Part shown: positions 22,378-32,436 of the stretch, in pieces
How positions within the stretch are numbered: the first letter of the stretch is position 1
Layout of the letters: each line of letters opens with the position of its first letter
Assembly: GCA_029742005.1 (NCBI GenBank)
Contig: GCA_029742005.1_4113.1
DNA length: 64,000 bases
Direction: 5' to 3' (one strand)
From: a phage
Program-made: the position numbers and the translations under genes
Notes under the pieces: generated by a model
What the model was told of the DNA's origin: nothing
The model's database searches: none
Seen by the model: the letters and a program-made list of their open reading frames with translations, nothing else

Positions 22378-22531
22378 ATAACAAAGAGTGGGAAGATTAC
22401 CGCAAGAAGTGCCGAGAGTTTGATAAAGAACTCACAGGTGCAGTGAACGCGGTAATGTGGGTATCTGCAATTATTGCAGTACTTGGTTTGGGTGCTATTA
22501 TTATTATTAATAAATTATTGTAAGGACTAAT

Positions 22532-22732
22532 ATGTTTACTTTATATCTTGCAGTAGTACTAACTAATGGTGAAATCACTCGCACCGTTGGTGAAGGTGTA
22601 TATAAAACACCTGAGCAGTGTTACTCTGCAACTCATTGGCCTCGTGATGCTGGTGATGAATCTCGCACTGAATACAAATGTATGAAGGTTAAAGGTGATT
22701 TTGTAAATCTAAAGGTTATTGAGACTAAGTAA
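22532..22732 (+). CDS. secreted small protein
   Basis: ORF track; hydrophobic N-terminus. Confidence 0.45.
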   Translation: MFTLYLAVVLTNGEITRTVGEGVYKTPEQCYSATHWPRDAGDESRTEYKCMKVKGDFVNLKVIETK

Positions 22733-23250
22733 TGGATATTAATGAGTTGTTGAAATTAGTGTTTAATCGTGAACGCCGCGATACAAGACCAATTGAATAT
22801 CAAGATGTGATACGCATTGAAACTGATTTCTGTTATGGTAAAACAACTCATGACCTTTTGAATCTCTCTGGAAAACGCTATGCTGATGTTTGTTTTTCAG
22901 AGAGAAGTGATGGTTCAGAAATAACGAGTACTGATATTGTTTGTTACGCACGCAGTGCTGATAAATCTTATGAAATAGAACTTATATATTCCCCTAGTTC
23001 TAAAACAAATCATCACCGCCATATTTTATATGATGTTTACACACCACCTGGTATTGCTGAATATTTTGTTATTGATTATAGTACTGAAGAAAATGTGTTT
23101 CAACAAAGTTTGATTCATAACTTTGAGGTGAATGATCCATTAGTACCAAAGTTGTTCAAACTACTTGACACCATAGATGTTGATTTTGAATTTGTTATGT
23201 GCATTAGAACTTCTTTATTCAATGAATTCATGGAACTTTTTAATATATGA
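22732..23250 (+). CDS. hypothetical protein (172 aa)
   Basis: ORF track. Confidence 0.5.
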   Translation: MDINELLKLVFNRERRDTRPIEYQDVIRIETDFCYGKTTHDLLNLSGKRYADVCFSERSDGSEITSTDIVCYARSADKSYEIELIYSPSSKTNHHRHILYDVYTPPGIAEYFVIDYSTEENVFQQSLIHNFEVNDPLVPKLFKLLDTIDVDFEFVMCIRTSLFNEFMELFNI

Positions 23251-23468
23251 ATAGATACTATGTTGTGTATGAACACGTCTCTGAATTTAATAACATACGC
23301 GGGTTTTCCAGAGTAGTCACCAAGATGGATGTATTCATTCGTGCTCTTAGTGAAGTAGATGCACTGTTTAAATTGTTTGATGAAATTACAAAGTATAACA
23401 CACCTAAAACACACCGCTATGTGGAAACTGTACATAGCATTATGCTAACTGAAAGTGATGAGGAATGA
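23247..23468 (+). CDS. hypothetical protein (73 aa)
   Basis: ORF track; coupled start. Confidence 0.5.
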   Translation: MNRYYVVYEHVSEFNNIRGFSRVVTKMDVFIRALSEVDALFKLFDEITKYNTPKTHRYVETVHSIMLTESDEE

Positions 23469-23471
23469 TAA

Positions 23472-23690
23472 ATGAATTTATATCTAGTTGAAGGTTTAGT
23501 ACAAGTCTATAAACCAGAAGGTGAAGGTCAACGTTTTTCACACGTAGAAGAATTTAAGTACGTTGTACAGGCTGATGGTCAGTACGATGCGGAAATTCAA
23601 GTAGATGAATCATTCCGTAAGAAAAATGAAATTGGTAAATTTCAATACCAGAACTTACAATATAAAGTATGGCCTAGTATAAATGACTAA
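23472..23690 (+). CDS. hypothetical protein (72 aa)
   Basis: ORF track. Confidence 0.5.
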   Translation: MNLYLVEGLVQVYKPEGEGQRFSHVEEFKYVVQADGQYDAEIQVDESFRKKNEIGKFQYQNLQYKVWPSIND

Positions 23691-23898
23691 GATGTGGTGG
23701 TGTCATGGTGTATATAACGTGTATGTAAATGGTAGATATAAAATGTCTAGTACCTATACAAGACGTGTTAATGCGAACAACCAAGTTGATGCTGCTTGTG
23801 AGATCATTGAGTGGTATGCTGAGTTCAATGCACCTGACTATATGTACGAAATAGTTACAATAAATGTTGTACAAATCGATACATCTTTGATACAATAA
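23683..23898 (+). CDS. hypothetical protein (71 aa)
   Basis: ORF track. Confidence 0.45.
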   Translation: MTKMWWCHGVYNVYVNGRYKMSSTYTRRVNANNQVDAACEIIEWYAEFNAPDYMYEIVTINVVQIDTSLIQ

Positions 23899-23929
23899 CC
23901 ACATCAAAAAATTGCATCTGAGGATACTT

Positions 23930-24592
23930 ATGTTAGTTAATCTTAATTTCATCACTTCACCTGACTGGGCATTACGTGGGGTTTCTTTAAACTTCAAGGA
24001 AACTATGTTTGATTACATTGGTGAGTGTACATTGGTAAATGCAACTTTTGACCCAAATCATCCGTTCTGGGCTGAAATTCATGATCCAACTGTAAACAAC
24101 AATACATCTGTTATGACTATTGTCCAGACTAAACATGCAGGTATCCTTGCAGGTTATCGATCTGCACATGCAATTGAACACTTCACTGATTACGATGTCG
24201 TGGATGAATACCCAATGATCCATGAAGATGGAAGTCTATACACATCTGAAGACTTCCGTGCTATCTTTAATAGTACTGATGATATTCTACCAAGTGGACG
24301 TCCACGTCCTGAGTCTTATCTTATGCATCCATCTTATGGTGTAGCAGATACGCTTGAACAGATTATGAATAAGTACAAGAACCTAATTGAAGGTCCAGAA
24401 GAAATTGTCCTGTGCTATCACCCAGTACTGAAGTCTGAACAACCAAAGGATGGTGGATGGCGTTGGCATAAGAATGGTGAGTATATCGGTACTAAACGAA
24501 GTAAAGAACGTTTTGAGTACTTGTATGATGAGCCAGATGTTGATGTGGTTTTGTGTTATAATTTTATTAAGGTGAAAAAGAAATGTATCTAG
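23930..24592 (+). CDS. hypothetical protein
   Basis: ORF track, start moved to MLVNLN with AGGATA RBS. Confidence 0.5.
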   Translation: MLVNLNFITSPDWALRGVSLNFKETMFDYIGECTLVNATFDPNHPFWAEIHDPTVNNNTSVMTIVQTKHAGILAGYRSAHAIEHFTDYDVVDEYPMIHEDGSLYTSEDFRAIFNSTDDILPSGRPRPESYLMHPSYGVADTLEQIMNKYKNLIEGPEEIVLCYHPVLKSEQPKDGGWRWHKNGEYIGTKRSKERFEYLYDEPDVDVVLCYNFIKVKKKCI

Positions 24593-24825
24593 TACTAAGT
24601 TTTGTTGTTGCACTATTGTTTATGTTTTATCCTACACTAGTAGCATTAGCCACTAAACGACCGATTGTAGATATCACTACTGTATTCTTGCTAAACGTGG
24701 CATTAGTACTGGTGTCTATTATCATTCCAGTGAGCTTTACAGTTATTGATATTATTTCGGTATTACTCTTCGTGTTAAGTTATCTTATGCTTATTGAAGA
24801 AACAAATGTTGACAAACGTTCGTAG
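24583..24825 (+). CDS. small integral membrane protein
   Basis: ORF track; two hydrophobic helices. Confidence 0.5.
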   Translation: MYLVLSFVVALLFMFYPTLVALATKRPIVDITTVFLLNVALVLVSIIIPVSFTVIDIISVLLFVLSYLMLIEETNVDKRS

Positions 24826-24836
24826 TACTGTATAAT
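24809..24836 (+). promoter_or_regulatory. sigma-70-like promoter (class A-like)
   Basis: TTGACAAACGTTCGTAGTACTGTATAAT. Confidence 0.5.
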
Positions 24837-24882
24837 GGTTCCTGTAGTCTGAAACTTAACACTTAAACTTGAGGTAAAAAAT

Positions 24883-25209
24883 ATGCTATCAGTACTAATT
24901 TCAATTCCGTCTTTAATTCTGATTTGGCTTCTGGTTTACGAATGCTTTATTACTGATGATAATGATAAAAAAGAGTTCTCTGAGTTGTTTATGCTTGATT
25001 CACCAATTGTACGTATTTTCTATACAGTCGTTGTGGTTTCAGTAATTGTATGGGTTTTGAGTTTTATCTTCCCACTCGGTGCAGTAGTTAAAACTTTGGA
25101 TTTGGTTGAGAACTTTGTTGCAATTATGTGGCTAATTAAAGCACTATTTGCAGGAAATGTTAAAATTTGGATTGATATTATCAAATTCAAGTTCACGAAT
25201 AAGATGTAA
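24883..25209 (+). CDS. integral membrane protein
   Basis: ORF track; hydrophobic segments. Confidence 0.5.
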   Translation: MLSVLISIPSLILIWLLVYECFITDDNDKKEFSELFMLDSPIVRIFYTVVVVSVIVWVLSFIFPLGAVVKTLDLVENFVAIMWLIKALFAGNVKIWIDIIKFKFTNKM

Positions 25210-25287
25210 CAGTCAAAATACCTCTATAGTATTAAATACTTCTGTACATATATATAGTACAGAAGTATTTCTCGTTAGAGGTTTGTT

Positions 25288-25647
25288 ATGAAAAGTTATA
25301 TAAAATTAATAGCACTTGTGTGTGCATTATTTTCATGTTTTAGTTATGGTGCAGCAGCAGAAACATATTGTCGTAGTACTAAGGGAACGTGGCATGTATT
25401 GACTAACGACCCTAGAAATGGTAAAAATATAGTTGTTGATGGTGTGATTTATCGTTTTAAAGTAGAAAGTATTATCGGTAATAAAAAAATCTCGACTTAT
25501 AGAGATGATTCTGGTACATTAGCAAACGTAATATTAATTGTAGACCCAAGAACTGGTAATGGTGATATCTATATAGTAATTTACTTGGACTCATCGGTAC
25601 GCCGTGACCTAGATATAGATAAATTGAACTTACACTGTGAAATATAG
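25288..25647 (+). CDS. secreted protein, paralog of 26039..26389
   Basis: Signal peptide MKSYIKLIALVCALFSCFSYGAAAE. Confidence 0.55.
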   Translation: MKSYIKLIALVCALFSCFSYGAAAETYCRSTKGTWHVLTNDPRNGKNIVVDGVIYRFKVESIIGNKKISTYRDDSGTLANVILIVDPRTGNGDIYIVIYLDSSVRRDLDIDKLNLHCEI

Positions 25648-25658
25648 GACTTAAAAAA

Positions 25659-26036
25659 ATGGTAAACACTATTTTACTTTTGTTGTTGAATATTCCAATT
25701 ATTCTGTCTTTTTTAATTTCTATTTTTATGGCAGGATATTGTTTAGTTGCAGTAATTCATTTCATTTTAACAAACAAATATGTCCTAATTTCTAAGCTTG
25801 ATTCTATTTTTGCTTGCGATTCGATTGCTTATAACTTGTGGTTAATTTGTTCTTGCATTATGGGAGTAACTTTCCTTCTGTATGTATTTGATGTCCTTGA
25901 CCAAAAGTTCGTATATATCAGTACTGGATTGGCTCTTTATCCTGCTACGTGGTACTTGATTTACGTTGGTGATATATGGTATAGTACTTATAAAGAATAT
26001 CAGTACAAGAAATCACTTAACGTTGGAGGAAAATAA
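25659..26036 (+). CDS. integral membrane protein
   Basis: ORF track; hydrophobic segments. Confidence 0.5.
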   Translation: MVNTILLLLLNIPIILSFLISIFMAGYCLVAVIHFILTNKYVLISKLDSIFACDSIAYNLWLICSCIMGVTFLLYVFDVLDQKFVYISTGLALYPATWYLIYVGDIWYSTYKEYQYKKSLNVGGK

Positions 26037-26038
26037 TC

Positions 26039-26389
26039 ATGAAAATTATTTTATTTTTTGTATGTATGTTAATGTGTGGATTGTCATATGCTGAACCATT
26101 GGAAGGTTTAGTTTGTACAGATGGTAATATTAAACATATCTATCAAGGTGATAGTGACGATCGAGATATTGTATATATTGATGGACAATCATATACGTTT
26201 GTTAAAGAGCATACAGTAGGCGACATTAGCTTCACTGAGTTTTCTAACGACACAGACCCTAACTTCTTAGCGTTTATTGAAGTAGATGTATATGAAGATA
26301 GTAATGGCACACAATATGCTAAATTAGTTATGATGCGTCGTGGTGCTAAAGAAACTAGTTTTGGTGGCTTGTGTAAATATAAGGATTGA
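26039..26389 (+). CDS. secreted protein, paralog of 25288..25647
   Basis: Signal peptide MKIILFFVCMLMCGLSYAEP. Confidence 0.55.
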   Translation: MKIILFFVCMLMCGLSYAEPLEGLVCTDGNIKHIYQGDSDDRDIVYIDGQSYTFVKEHTVGDISFTEFSNDTDPNFLAFIEVDVYEDSNGTQYAKLVMMRRGAKETSFGGLCKYKD

Positions 26390-26393
26390 TATT

Positions 26394-26585
26394 ATGTTGA
26401 TTTATCAAAGTGATAATATTCGTGTTATGCAGCATCCCTACTTACAAATCTTTGATGTGCAGCAGTATATGGAAGGTGATGACCCAAGAACCTATGGTCG
26501 TAAGTATGATTACTTCACTGTAAAGCAGTGTAAAAATATTAACGAAGTACGACAATTAGTTCAAGAACTTCAAAACAAAGGTTGA
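26394..26585 (+). CDS. hypothetical protein
   Basis: Internal ATG after AAGGA RBS (MLIYQSDN). Confidence 0.45.
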   Translation: MLIYQSDNIRVMQHPYLQIFDVQQYMEGDDPRTYGRKYDYFTVKQCKNINEVRQLVQELQNKG

Positions 26586-26611
26586 CTTCGGTCAGCCTTT
26601 TTTGTTATAAT
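26580..26611 (+). promoter_or_regulatory. combined terminator-like stem-loop and sigma-70-like promoter (class B cassette)
   Basis: GGTTGAC-TTCG-GTCAGCC hairpin plus T-run; TTGACT inside the stem, TATAAT 17 bp downstream. Confidence 0.6.
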
Positions 26612-26639
26612 TCTCTTAATAAATTAGAGGATTTTAATT

Positions 26640-27080
26640 ATGTATGTATATCGTTTTGAACTTAAATTTAGTTACATTGAACCTAACTTAGATCCTGCAC
26701 GAACTGTAGGTCCGTTTGCACGGTATTCAACCAGATACAGTACTAAAAATGGATTTGACCGTTTGCTCATGACTACACCTTCTCAATTCCAACCTGAACC
26801 AACTGAGGATGGGATCTATTCAATCAAAAGTGGATGGGTATTTGGCTGTCAAAGTTTGAAAGATTTGTTCAGATTCTTCACTATGGACTTAGGTAAATTG
26901 CATCGTGCTGGGTTTGCTATATCTGTATATGAAGTTCCAGACCACCATGTAGACATTGGTCGTAATCAGGTTCAGTACTATTGCGGTAGTGCTAAATTAG
27001 TTCGTATCATGTCAGTTAAGGAAGCAAAGGATGAGTTCCGACAAAGTAAAAGAGAAACAAATGAGGTAATATATGGATAA
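26640..27080 (+). CDS. hypothetical protein (146 aa)
   Basis: ORF track; AGAGGA RBS. Confidence 0.55.
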   Translation: MYVYRFELKFSYIEPNLDPARTVGPFARYSTRYSTKNGFDRLLMTTPSQFQPEPTEDGIYSIKSGWVFGCQSLKDLFRFFTMDLGKLHRAGFAISVYEVPDHHVDIGRNQVQYYCGSAKLVRIMSVKEAKDEFRQSKRETNEVIYG

Positions 27081-27417
27081 AACTCAAATAGAATTAAAGA
27101 AATTTGTTTCATTCTATCTTCCTGATGACCCACGTAATTCACAAAAAGATATTGAATATTATAATATCCTATCTAAACAGTTAATGAGAAAGTTTCAACA
27201 GTGTTTAACAATATTCAATACAGATGGAAGACGTAGATACCGAATCGTTTCAATGAATGATGAAAACGCAAATTTCTTTGATTACGATGTGGTTTTTAGA
27301 GCATATAATGATGATCGTATAAAATTAAATTATGATCAAATTATACTTGACCTGAATGTTATATGTGTTATAATCACTCACGTAGCCGAACTTAATGGTT
27401 TTAAAGAATGGTATTGA
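27073..27417 (+). CDS. hypothetical protein (114 aa)
   Basis: ORF track. Confidence 0.5.
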   Translation: MDKTQIELKKFVSFYLPDDPRNSQKDIEYYNILSKQLMRKFQQCLTIFNTDGRRRYRIVSMNDENANFFDYDVVFRAYNDDRIKLNYDQIILDLNVICVIITHVAELNGFKEWY

Positions 27418-27431
27418 ATAGAGGATAACAT

Positions 27432-27698
27432 ATGAAGCTTAAATTACAATATAATGGATTTACTTTACGTAATGATACTGAATTTATTAATCGTTCTCCT
27501 GGTGCTGAACTGTTTTTACGAGAGATGAACATTCCTTTCATCATTACTACAGTGGGCGACCGTGAAGTTCTACAATACGCAGAGCATCCGATCATTGATG
27601 TTCCTTGGTACTCTGAGCATATGTACATGGATATGGCACGTCGCTACAACTGTAAGTTCGTAGTTGAAGGTGATAAAATTACAGTCGAATTTAAATAA
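27432..27698 (+). CDS. hypothetical protein (88 aa)
   Basis: ORF track; AGAGGA RBS. Confidence 0.5.
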   Translation: MKLKLQYNGFTLRNDTEFINRSPGAELFLREMNIPFIITTVGDREVLQYAEHPIIDVPWYSEHMYMDMARRYNCKFVVEGDKITVEFK

Positions 27699-27709
27699 GG
27701 TAAATTAAA

Positions 27710-28003
27710 ATGATCAGTACTTCAGTTAATGAAAGCATCGTCGCTGACGTAGAAATGGTTAAAGAATGTGCAGATGAAACTCTTCGTGATATGTACATTA
27801 ATGATTTAATTACTGAATACGGTAGTCGTGGTGTACACGAATTTATTCGTTTAAGTGGAGAGTTGATGAAAAATCGAATTCGTATGAAGCTTAACGTACA
27901 TCCAAAAGCATGGGCATTTACATTAAAATACGCAGAAGATATTGTGAATTTGCGTCGAACTGAAGTATATGAACGTTTGCACAATGGTATGTTAGATAAA
28001 TGA
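27710..28003 (+). CDS. hypothetical protein (97 aa)
   Basis: ORF track. Confidence 0.5.
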   Translation: MISTSVNESIVADVEMVKECADETLRDMYINDLITEYGSRGVHEFIRLSGELMKNRIRMKLNVHPKAWAFTLKYAEDIVNLRRTEVYERLHNGMLDK

Positions 28004-28055
28004 TTGTAAAATAGGAATTCTTAAATGAATTCCTTTTTGTTTATAAGGTATAGTA

Positions 28056-28277
28056 ATGAAATATATAGTACTTGTACTGATATTATTCAGTACTGTTGTA
28101 AGTGCTAAACAAAAAGAATATGTTAAATGTATAAATTATGAAGAGAAATATGTTGAAACATATAAAAAAAGTATAATTAAAAACGTTTCGATTACTAACA
28201 GAGCAACAATCATTGTACTTAAAAATGGGTTAATTATGCTATATAAACCACACGTTAAATGTGAAATTATTAATTGA
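28056..28277 (+). CDS. secreted small protein
   Basis: Signal peptide MKYIVLVLILFSTVVSA. Confidence 0.5.
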   Translation: MKYIVLVLILFSTVVSAKQKEYVKCINYEEKYVETYKKSIIKNVSITNRATIIVLKNGLIMLYKPHVKCEIIN

Positions 28278-28284
28278 GGAAATT

Positions 28285-28857
28285 ATGAATCGTAAAGGTC
28301 GTTTTAAAGTATCAAAAAAGAACAAAAGTTCTAGGTTTAAACCTATTGTTTTAACAGTTAAATCTAACAAAGATTTAACTGCACTTAGTAAAAAGATAAT
28401 TTCATCTAAGATTGAAGTATCATACGTAAATTCATTAAAATATATGAATGTCAAACCACTGGACCAACTCATTTCACTTATATTTGAACGTAATGATTTT
28501 GAGATATCAGTAGATGATTATAGAGCCTATAATGCTGGTTTCATTAATGTTACTTGTAATAAAAAACTAACTGAGTTGGAAAATTTGTCATGTATAATAA
28601 ATCTAGATAAAGGTGTTGTGAAGTACCATTTTGTACATTTCACTAATATCAATAATGGAATGGGTGTACAATCCAGACCTATAGTGCCTACATGTGATGT
28701 TACTAAATTAGCAAAGCTCAATGATGAAGAATATTTTCAAGAAAGTATTGTGACTGAGCATTTAGATGATATAATAGCTACTTACAAAGAGTGCATATGG
28801 GTTTTGAATTCTATAAAGCCTAAATTGTGTTTAATGAATATTGTTCGTGATTTATGA
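28285..28857 (+). CDS. hypothetical protein, C-terminal EEYFQESIVTEHL motif family
   Basis: Internal ATG after GAGGAA RBS. Confidence 0.5.
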   Translation: MNRKGRFKVSKKNKSSRFKPIVLTVKSNKDLTALSKKIISSKIEVSYVNSLKYMNVKPLDQLISLIFERNDFEISVDDYRAYNAGFINVTCNKKLTELENLSCIINLDKGVVKYHFVHFTNINNGMGVQSRPIVPTCDVTKLAKLNDEEYFQESIVTEHLDDIIATYKECIWVLNSIKPKLCLMNIVRDL

Positions 28858-28870
28858 ATGGGGAATCGTA

Positions 28871-29314
28871 ATGAGTTGGGTAAATGTTAATAGTATTGAA
28901 CTTAACGAACAAGATATTTTTGCATTTGTAAATTTAACCAATAATACAGTACTAAAAGGGCGTTTGTTCAGTGCGAGTGATGGATATAAATGGATCTCTT
29001 TGATGGATGATAGTGGTGTGATTTATAATGTAATGCAATTACCCCAATGGGTATATAGTAACACTGCCGACGATGTTCTTGCCGCAGTTATGCGTGAGTT
29101 TGAAAAACTCCCAGGTGGTGATATCAAAAACAAAGTTTTTAATGCAGAACGGAAAAATTATACAGCACAGCAGTTGGAATCCCTTGCCATTGCTGCTTAT
29201 CAAGCTGCTATTAAGAAGCCAGAGTGCGTTATTCTTAAGTATGTACCAGACTTAAAACTTACGTTGGAAGACATGGATGCATTCATTTTTACATCTGAAC
29301 TTGATCAGTACTAA
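28871..29314 (+). CDS. hypothetical protein
   Basis: Internal ATG (MSWVNVN). Confidence 0.5.
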   Translation: MSWVNVNSIELNEQDIFAFVNLTNNTVLKGRLFSASDGYKWISLMDDSGVIYNVMQLPQWVYSNTADDVLAAVMREFEKLPGGDIKNKVFNAERKNYTAQQLESLAIAAYQAAIKKPECVILKYVPDLKLTLEDMDAFIFTSELDQY

Positions 29315-29429
29315 TTTAACTTTGGGACAACCATTCTTATTATGATATAATGTTTTATGTCATTCGATATAAATGACAACGGAACTATAAATATTATAGT
29401 AAAATTTATCTCTTATAGGAGTTATAAAA

Positions 29430-29813
29430 ATGGTTGATAAATGGAATAAGAAAGATCCATCACATGATGTTGATATTTCTGGTCTAGACAATGCACATAA
29501 GCACAAGTATCTAGATTCACTAGGTCTTCTAAAACCAGACCAAAGTCTTGCACATGATCGTCCATCCCGTGAAAAAGCATTTAGCCTAGAATCACTAGGT
29601 CATGAGCTTAATCGTGTGTTTGAGGATCACCCAATCTATGTACGTGATATTATCGAGAAACTTAAAGTAACTCCTAAAGAGCACTTTAAAGCAACTGTAC
29701 ACTCTGCATTCCGTGCATTACATGAATCTCTAAAGAAAACTCACAATCTTCGTAAAATTCATGATGAAATCGTGAATGCAATCGAAAGTGAAAAACATAA
29801 GTTCAAGAAGTAA
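29430..29813 (+). CDS. hypothetical protein, shares LGLL N-terminal motif with 31120..32364
   Basis: ORF track; AGGAG RBS. Confidence 0.55.
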   Translation: MVDKWNKKDPSHDVDISGLDNAHKHKYLDSLGLLKPDQSLAHDRPSREKAFSLESLGHELNRVFEDHPIYVRDIIEKLKVTPKEHFKATVHSAFRALHESLKKTHNLRKIHDEIVNAIESEKHKFKK

Positions 29814-29821
29814 TAAAAAGG

Positions 29822-29858
29822 GGTTGACTTCGGTCGGCCTTTTTTTATATAGTAAATA
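29822..29858 (+). promoter_or_regulatory. terminator-like stem-loop with embedded TTGACT (class B cassette, weaker -10)
   Basis: GGTTGAC-TTCG-GTCGGCC plus T-run, then TATATA. Confidence 0.5.
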
Positions 29859-29891
29859 TATGAAATAATAAAGATTCAGGGATTATATTTC

Positions 29892-31076
29892 ATGGCTAGT
29901 GGGATACGATTAACACAAGAAGAAGCTGAAAAATTAGTAGCGAATAGATGTTTAGAAGAAAATTATACATATAAACCTTTCACTTATATTAACACTAAAA
30001 CAATATTAGAACTTAAATGTGATAACTTTGAACATGAAGAATGGAAATGTAAATTTAGTAAATTCATTTACAAAAGAACTGGGTGTCCAGAATGTAAAGG
30101 AAGAAATTCTTTAAAAGAAAAAACAGCAAGAACTAAAGTTCATGAAATATGTGAATTAAAAGGATATACTTATGAACCATTTGATTTTAACGGTGCTATA
30201 GGAACAAAAATAATAATTCATTGTGGAGTTGACTCTCATAAACCACATGAAACTAATTATAATTCTTTAGTTAATAAGAAAAATGGATGTATTGAATGTG
30301 GTGGAAAGTTAAAATTAACCCAACAACAAGCAGAATTAAATGTAATTAACATATGTAATACTACTGGATATACTTATAAACCTTTTGAATATAAAAATAA
30401 TAGAACTAAAATTACATTAAAATGTTGCAATCCCGACCATGATGAATTTAGTTTAAGTTATGATAAATTTGTATATCAAGGTAATGGGTGTGTAAAATGT
30501 GGAAATCAATCTACAGCTAGAAAACTTTGTCTTTCGCAAGATGAATCAATTAAAAGGCTTAATGAAATTTGTACATCTAAAGGATATACTTATAAACCAT
30601 TTATATATAAAAATGTACATACATTAATTACATTAAAATGTTCAGAATGTGAACATCCTGAATGGACAACTCGATATCAAAATATTGTTCAAAAGCAACG
30701 AGGTTGTCCAAGTTGTAGTCGAGGTGGATATGACCCAAATAAACCTGGTTATTTTTATATACATCGAGTTCTAGGTAATGGTAGGATATATTATAAATTT
30801 GGTATAACAAACAATTATATATACAGATTTGAACAATATAATAAGAATTTATTTAGAACTGAAAAATATAAAACATATTACAGTACTAATGGTATTTTAA
30901 TCAAAGAACTTGAATATTTTATTAAACATATGAGTGGCATAAAAAGAAAAGTTATTGATAAAATAAATTATTTAGATGGGTATACTGAAACAATCAATGA
31001 ATCAGAATATGAAAAATTAATAAAAATAATTGAATCATATAATGTACAAGAACTTGATGTGAACAGTATTAAGTAG
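29892..31076 (+). CDS. protein with four tandem zinc-ribbon repeats and C-terminal T5orf172/GIY-YIG-like domain
   Basis: Four ~65-aa repeats each with GYTYKPF and CxxC pairs; C-terminal GYFYIHRV...YYKFGITNN. Confidence 0.6.
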   Translation: MASGIRLTQEEAEKLVANRCLEENYTYKPFTYINTKTILELKCDNFEHEEWKCKFSKFIYKRTGCPECKGRNSLKEKTARTKVHEICELKGYTYEPFDFNGAIGTKIIIHCGVDSHKPHETNYNSLVNKKNGCIECGGKLKLTQQQAELNVINICNTTGYTYKPFEYKNNRTKITLKCCNPDHDEFSLSYDKFVYQGNGCVKCGNQSTARKLCLSQDESIKRLNEICTSKGYTYKPFIYKNVHTLITLKCSECEHPEWTTRYQNIVQKQRGCPSCSRGGYDPNKPGYFYIHRVLGNGRIYYKFGITNNYIYRFEQYNKNLFRTEKYKTYYSTNGILIKELEYFIKHMSGIKRKVIDKINYLDGYTETINESEYEKLIKIIESYNVQELDVNSIK

Positions 31077-31119
31077 TATAATAAATAATAATATATTTTA
31101 TGCTAAAGGAGGGCACACG

Positions 31120-32364
31120 ATGCCTAGTGATTATAATAATGGTGATATGAAGCACAGAAATGGTGCAATTGTTCAACATTCAAAACGCAAGTCGGAGTAC
31201 CGCCCTGCTGGAAACTATCATAGTGGTAGAAAAATGAGTCGTAACCAAAGCACTGGTGCACAAGGTGTAGAAAATGCAAAGCCGGGTGAAGTAACAGATA
31301 CTTCCAAAATGAATCAACATGAAAAATTAAAATACATGAATGCTTTGGGATTACTTAATGCTCATCAAAAAGAGCAACTAGCTGCAATGGATAAAGCACA
31401 AGAACGTCCAGAAGCAGCAGAAGCCCCCGCACAATCAAAAGCGACTAACCCTGTCAAAGAACTGTCTGATAAGTTAGGTAAGATTTTTGCTAATAAACCA
31501 CAACTTATCCAAGGTATTGTGAAAGAATTGCAATCTGTACCTAAAGAAGAATTAAAAGTCAAAGCACAAGCTGTACTTGATGCAATGAGTGGAAATACCA
31601 GTACTGAACCAACTGAAGTATTCAGTACTATAATGCGTGCACTTGAAGGTACGCAACAAGGTGATGTGCCTGCACAAGAGGAAGTAAGTCTTGAAAGCGT
31701 ACTTAAAACATTTGATAGTATTGGTAAAGAAGACCGTGCTAATGCTCAACAAGTTAAGAATGTACTAGCTAAGTTAGAAAACCGTCTGGAAGGTAAAGAC
31801 GATAAGATTAAATTAGTATCTGATGCAGTTAACGATGCACTTAAATCTTATGTACAAGGTGAAAAGAGTCGTTTTGTAACTGCAATGGATGCTGCATTCA
31901 ATACTATGAAAAAGTATGAAGCTGATCATGGTGAGAAGGTTACACGAGATGGTTATCTGATGCGTGATGATGAAGAAGGTGCAGTAGAACAGAATGATGT
32001 TCATTCAGACGAAGAAATTGATGACATGGAAGCTGAACTGTCACAAGACCGCCAAATGACTGAAAAATCCCATAACGAACTACAGAAATTAATGCAATGG
32101 GTTGCAGATGTTGGTGAAAAAGCTGGTGCTGATAAGAAGAGTATAAACCGAAATCTTAGTTGGATTAAAGATAAAGTTGGTAACAACGCTCGTAAACTAC
32201 AAAAAGCGTGGACTGATGTAGTGAATGGTGCTGTTGACATTGATGTTGAATCCGGTGAGGCATATGATTATGCATTGACTACACTTGATGACTCTTTCCG
32301 TGATTACGAAAATGGAAATGTAACTCCTTGGGAAAAGGATATCATGAGCAAATACGGTAAATGA
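31120..32364 (+). CDS. hypothetical acidic protein (414 aa)
   Basis: ORF track; AAGGAGGG RBS. Confidence 0.6.
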   Translation: MPSDYNNGDMKHRNGAIVQHSKRKSEYRPAGNYHSGRKMSRNQSTGAQGVENAKPGEVTDTSKMNQHEKLKYMNALGLLNAHQKEQLAAMDKAQERPEAAEAPAQSKATNPVKELSDKLGKIFANKPQLIQGIVKELQSVPKEELKVKAQAVLDAMSGNTSTEPTEVFSTIMRALEGTQQGDVPAQEEVSLESVLKTFDSIGKEDRANAQQVKNVLAKLENRLEGKDDKIKLVSDAVNDALKSYVQGEKSRFVTAMDAAFNTMKKYEADHGEKVTRDGYLMRDDEEGAVEQNDVHSDEEIDDMEAELSQDRQMTEKSHNELQKLMQWVADVGEKAGADKKSINRNLSWIKDKVGNNARKLQKAWTDVVNGAVDIDVESGEAYDYALTTLDDSFRDYENGNVTPWEKDIMSKYGK

Positions 32365-32374
32365 TAAAACAAAA

Positions 32375-32406
32375 GGTTGACTTCGGTCAGCCTTTTTTTT
32401 GTAAAT
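32375..32406 (+). promoter_or_regulatory. terminator-like stem-loop with embedded TTGACT (class B cassette)
   Basis: GGTTGAC-TTCG-GTCAGCC plus T8. Confidence 0.55.
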
Positions 32407-32436
32407 ACAAAAGAGGAATTAAGAAGAGGGATTACA

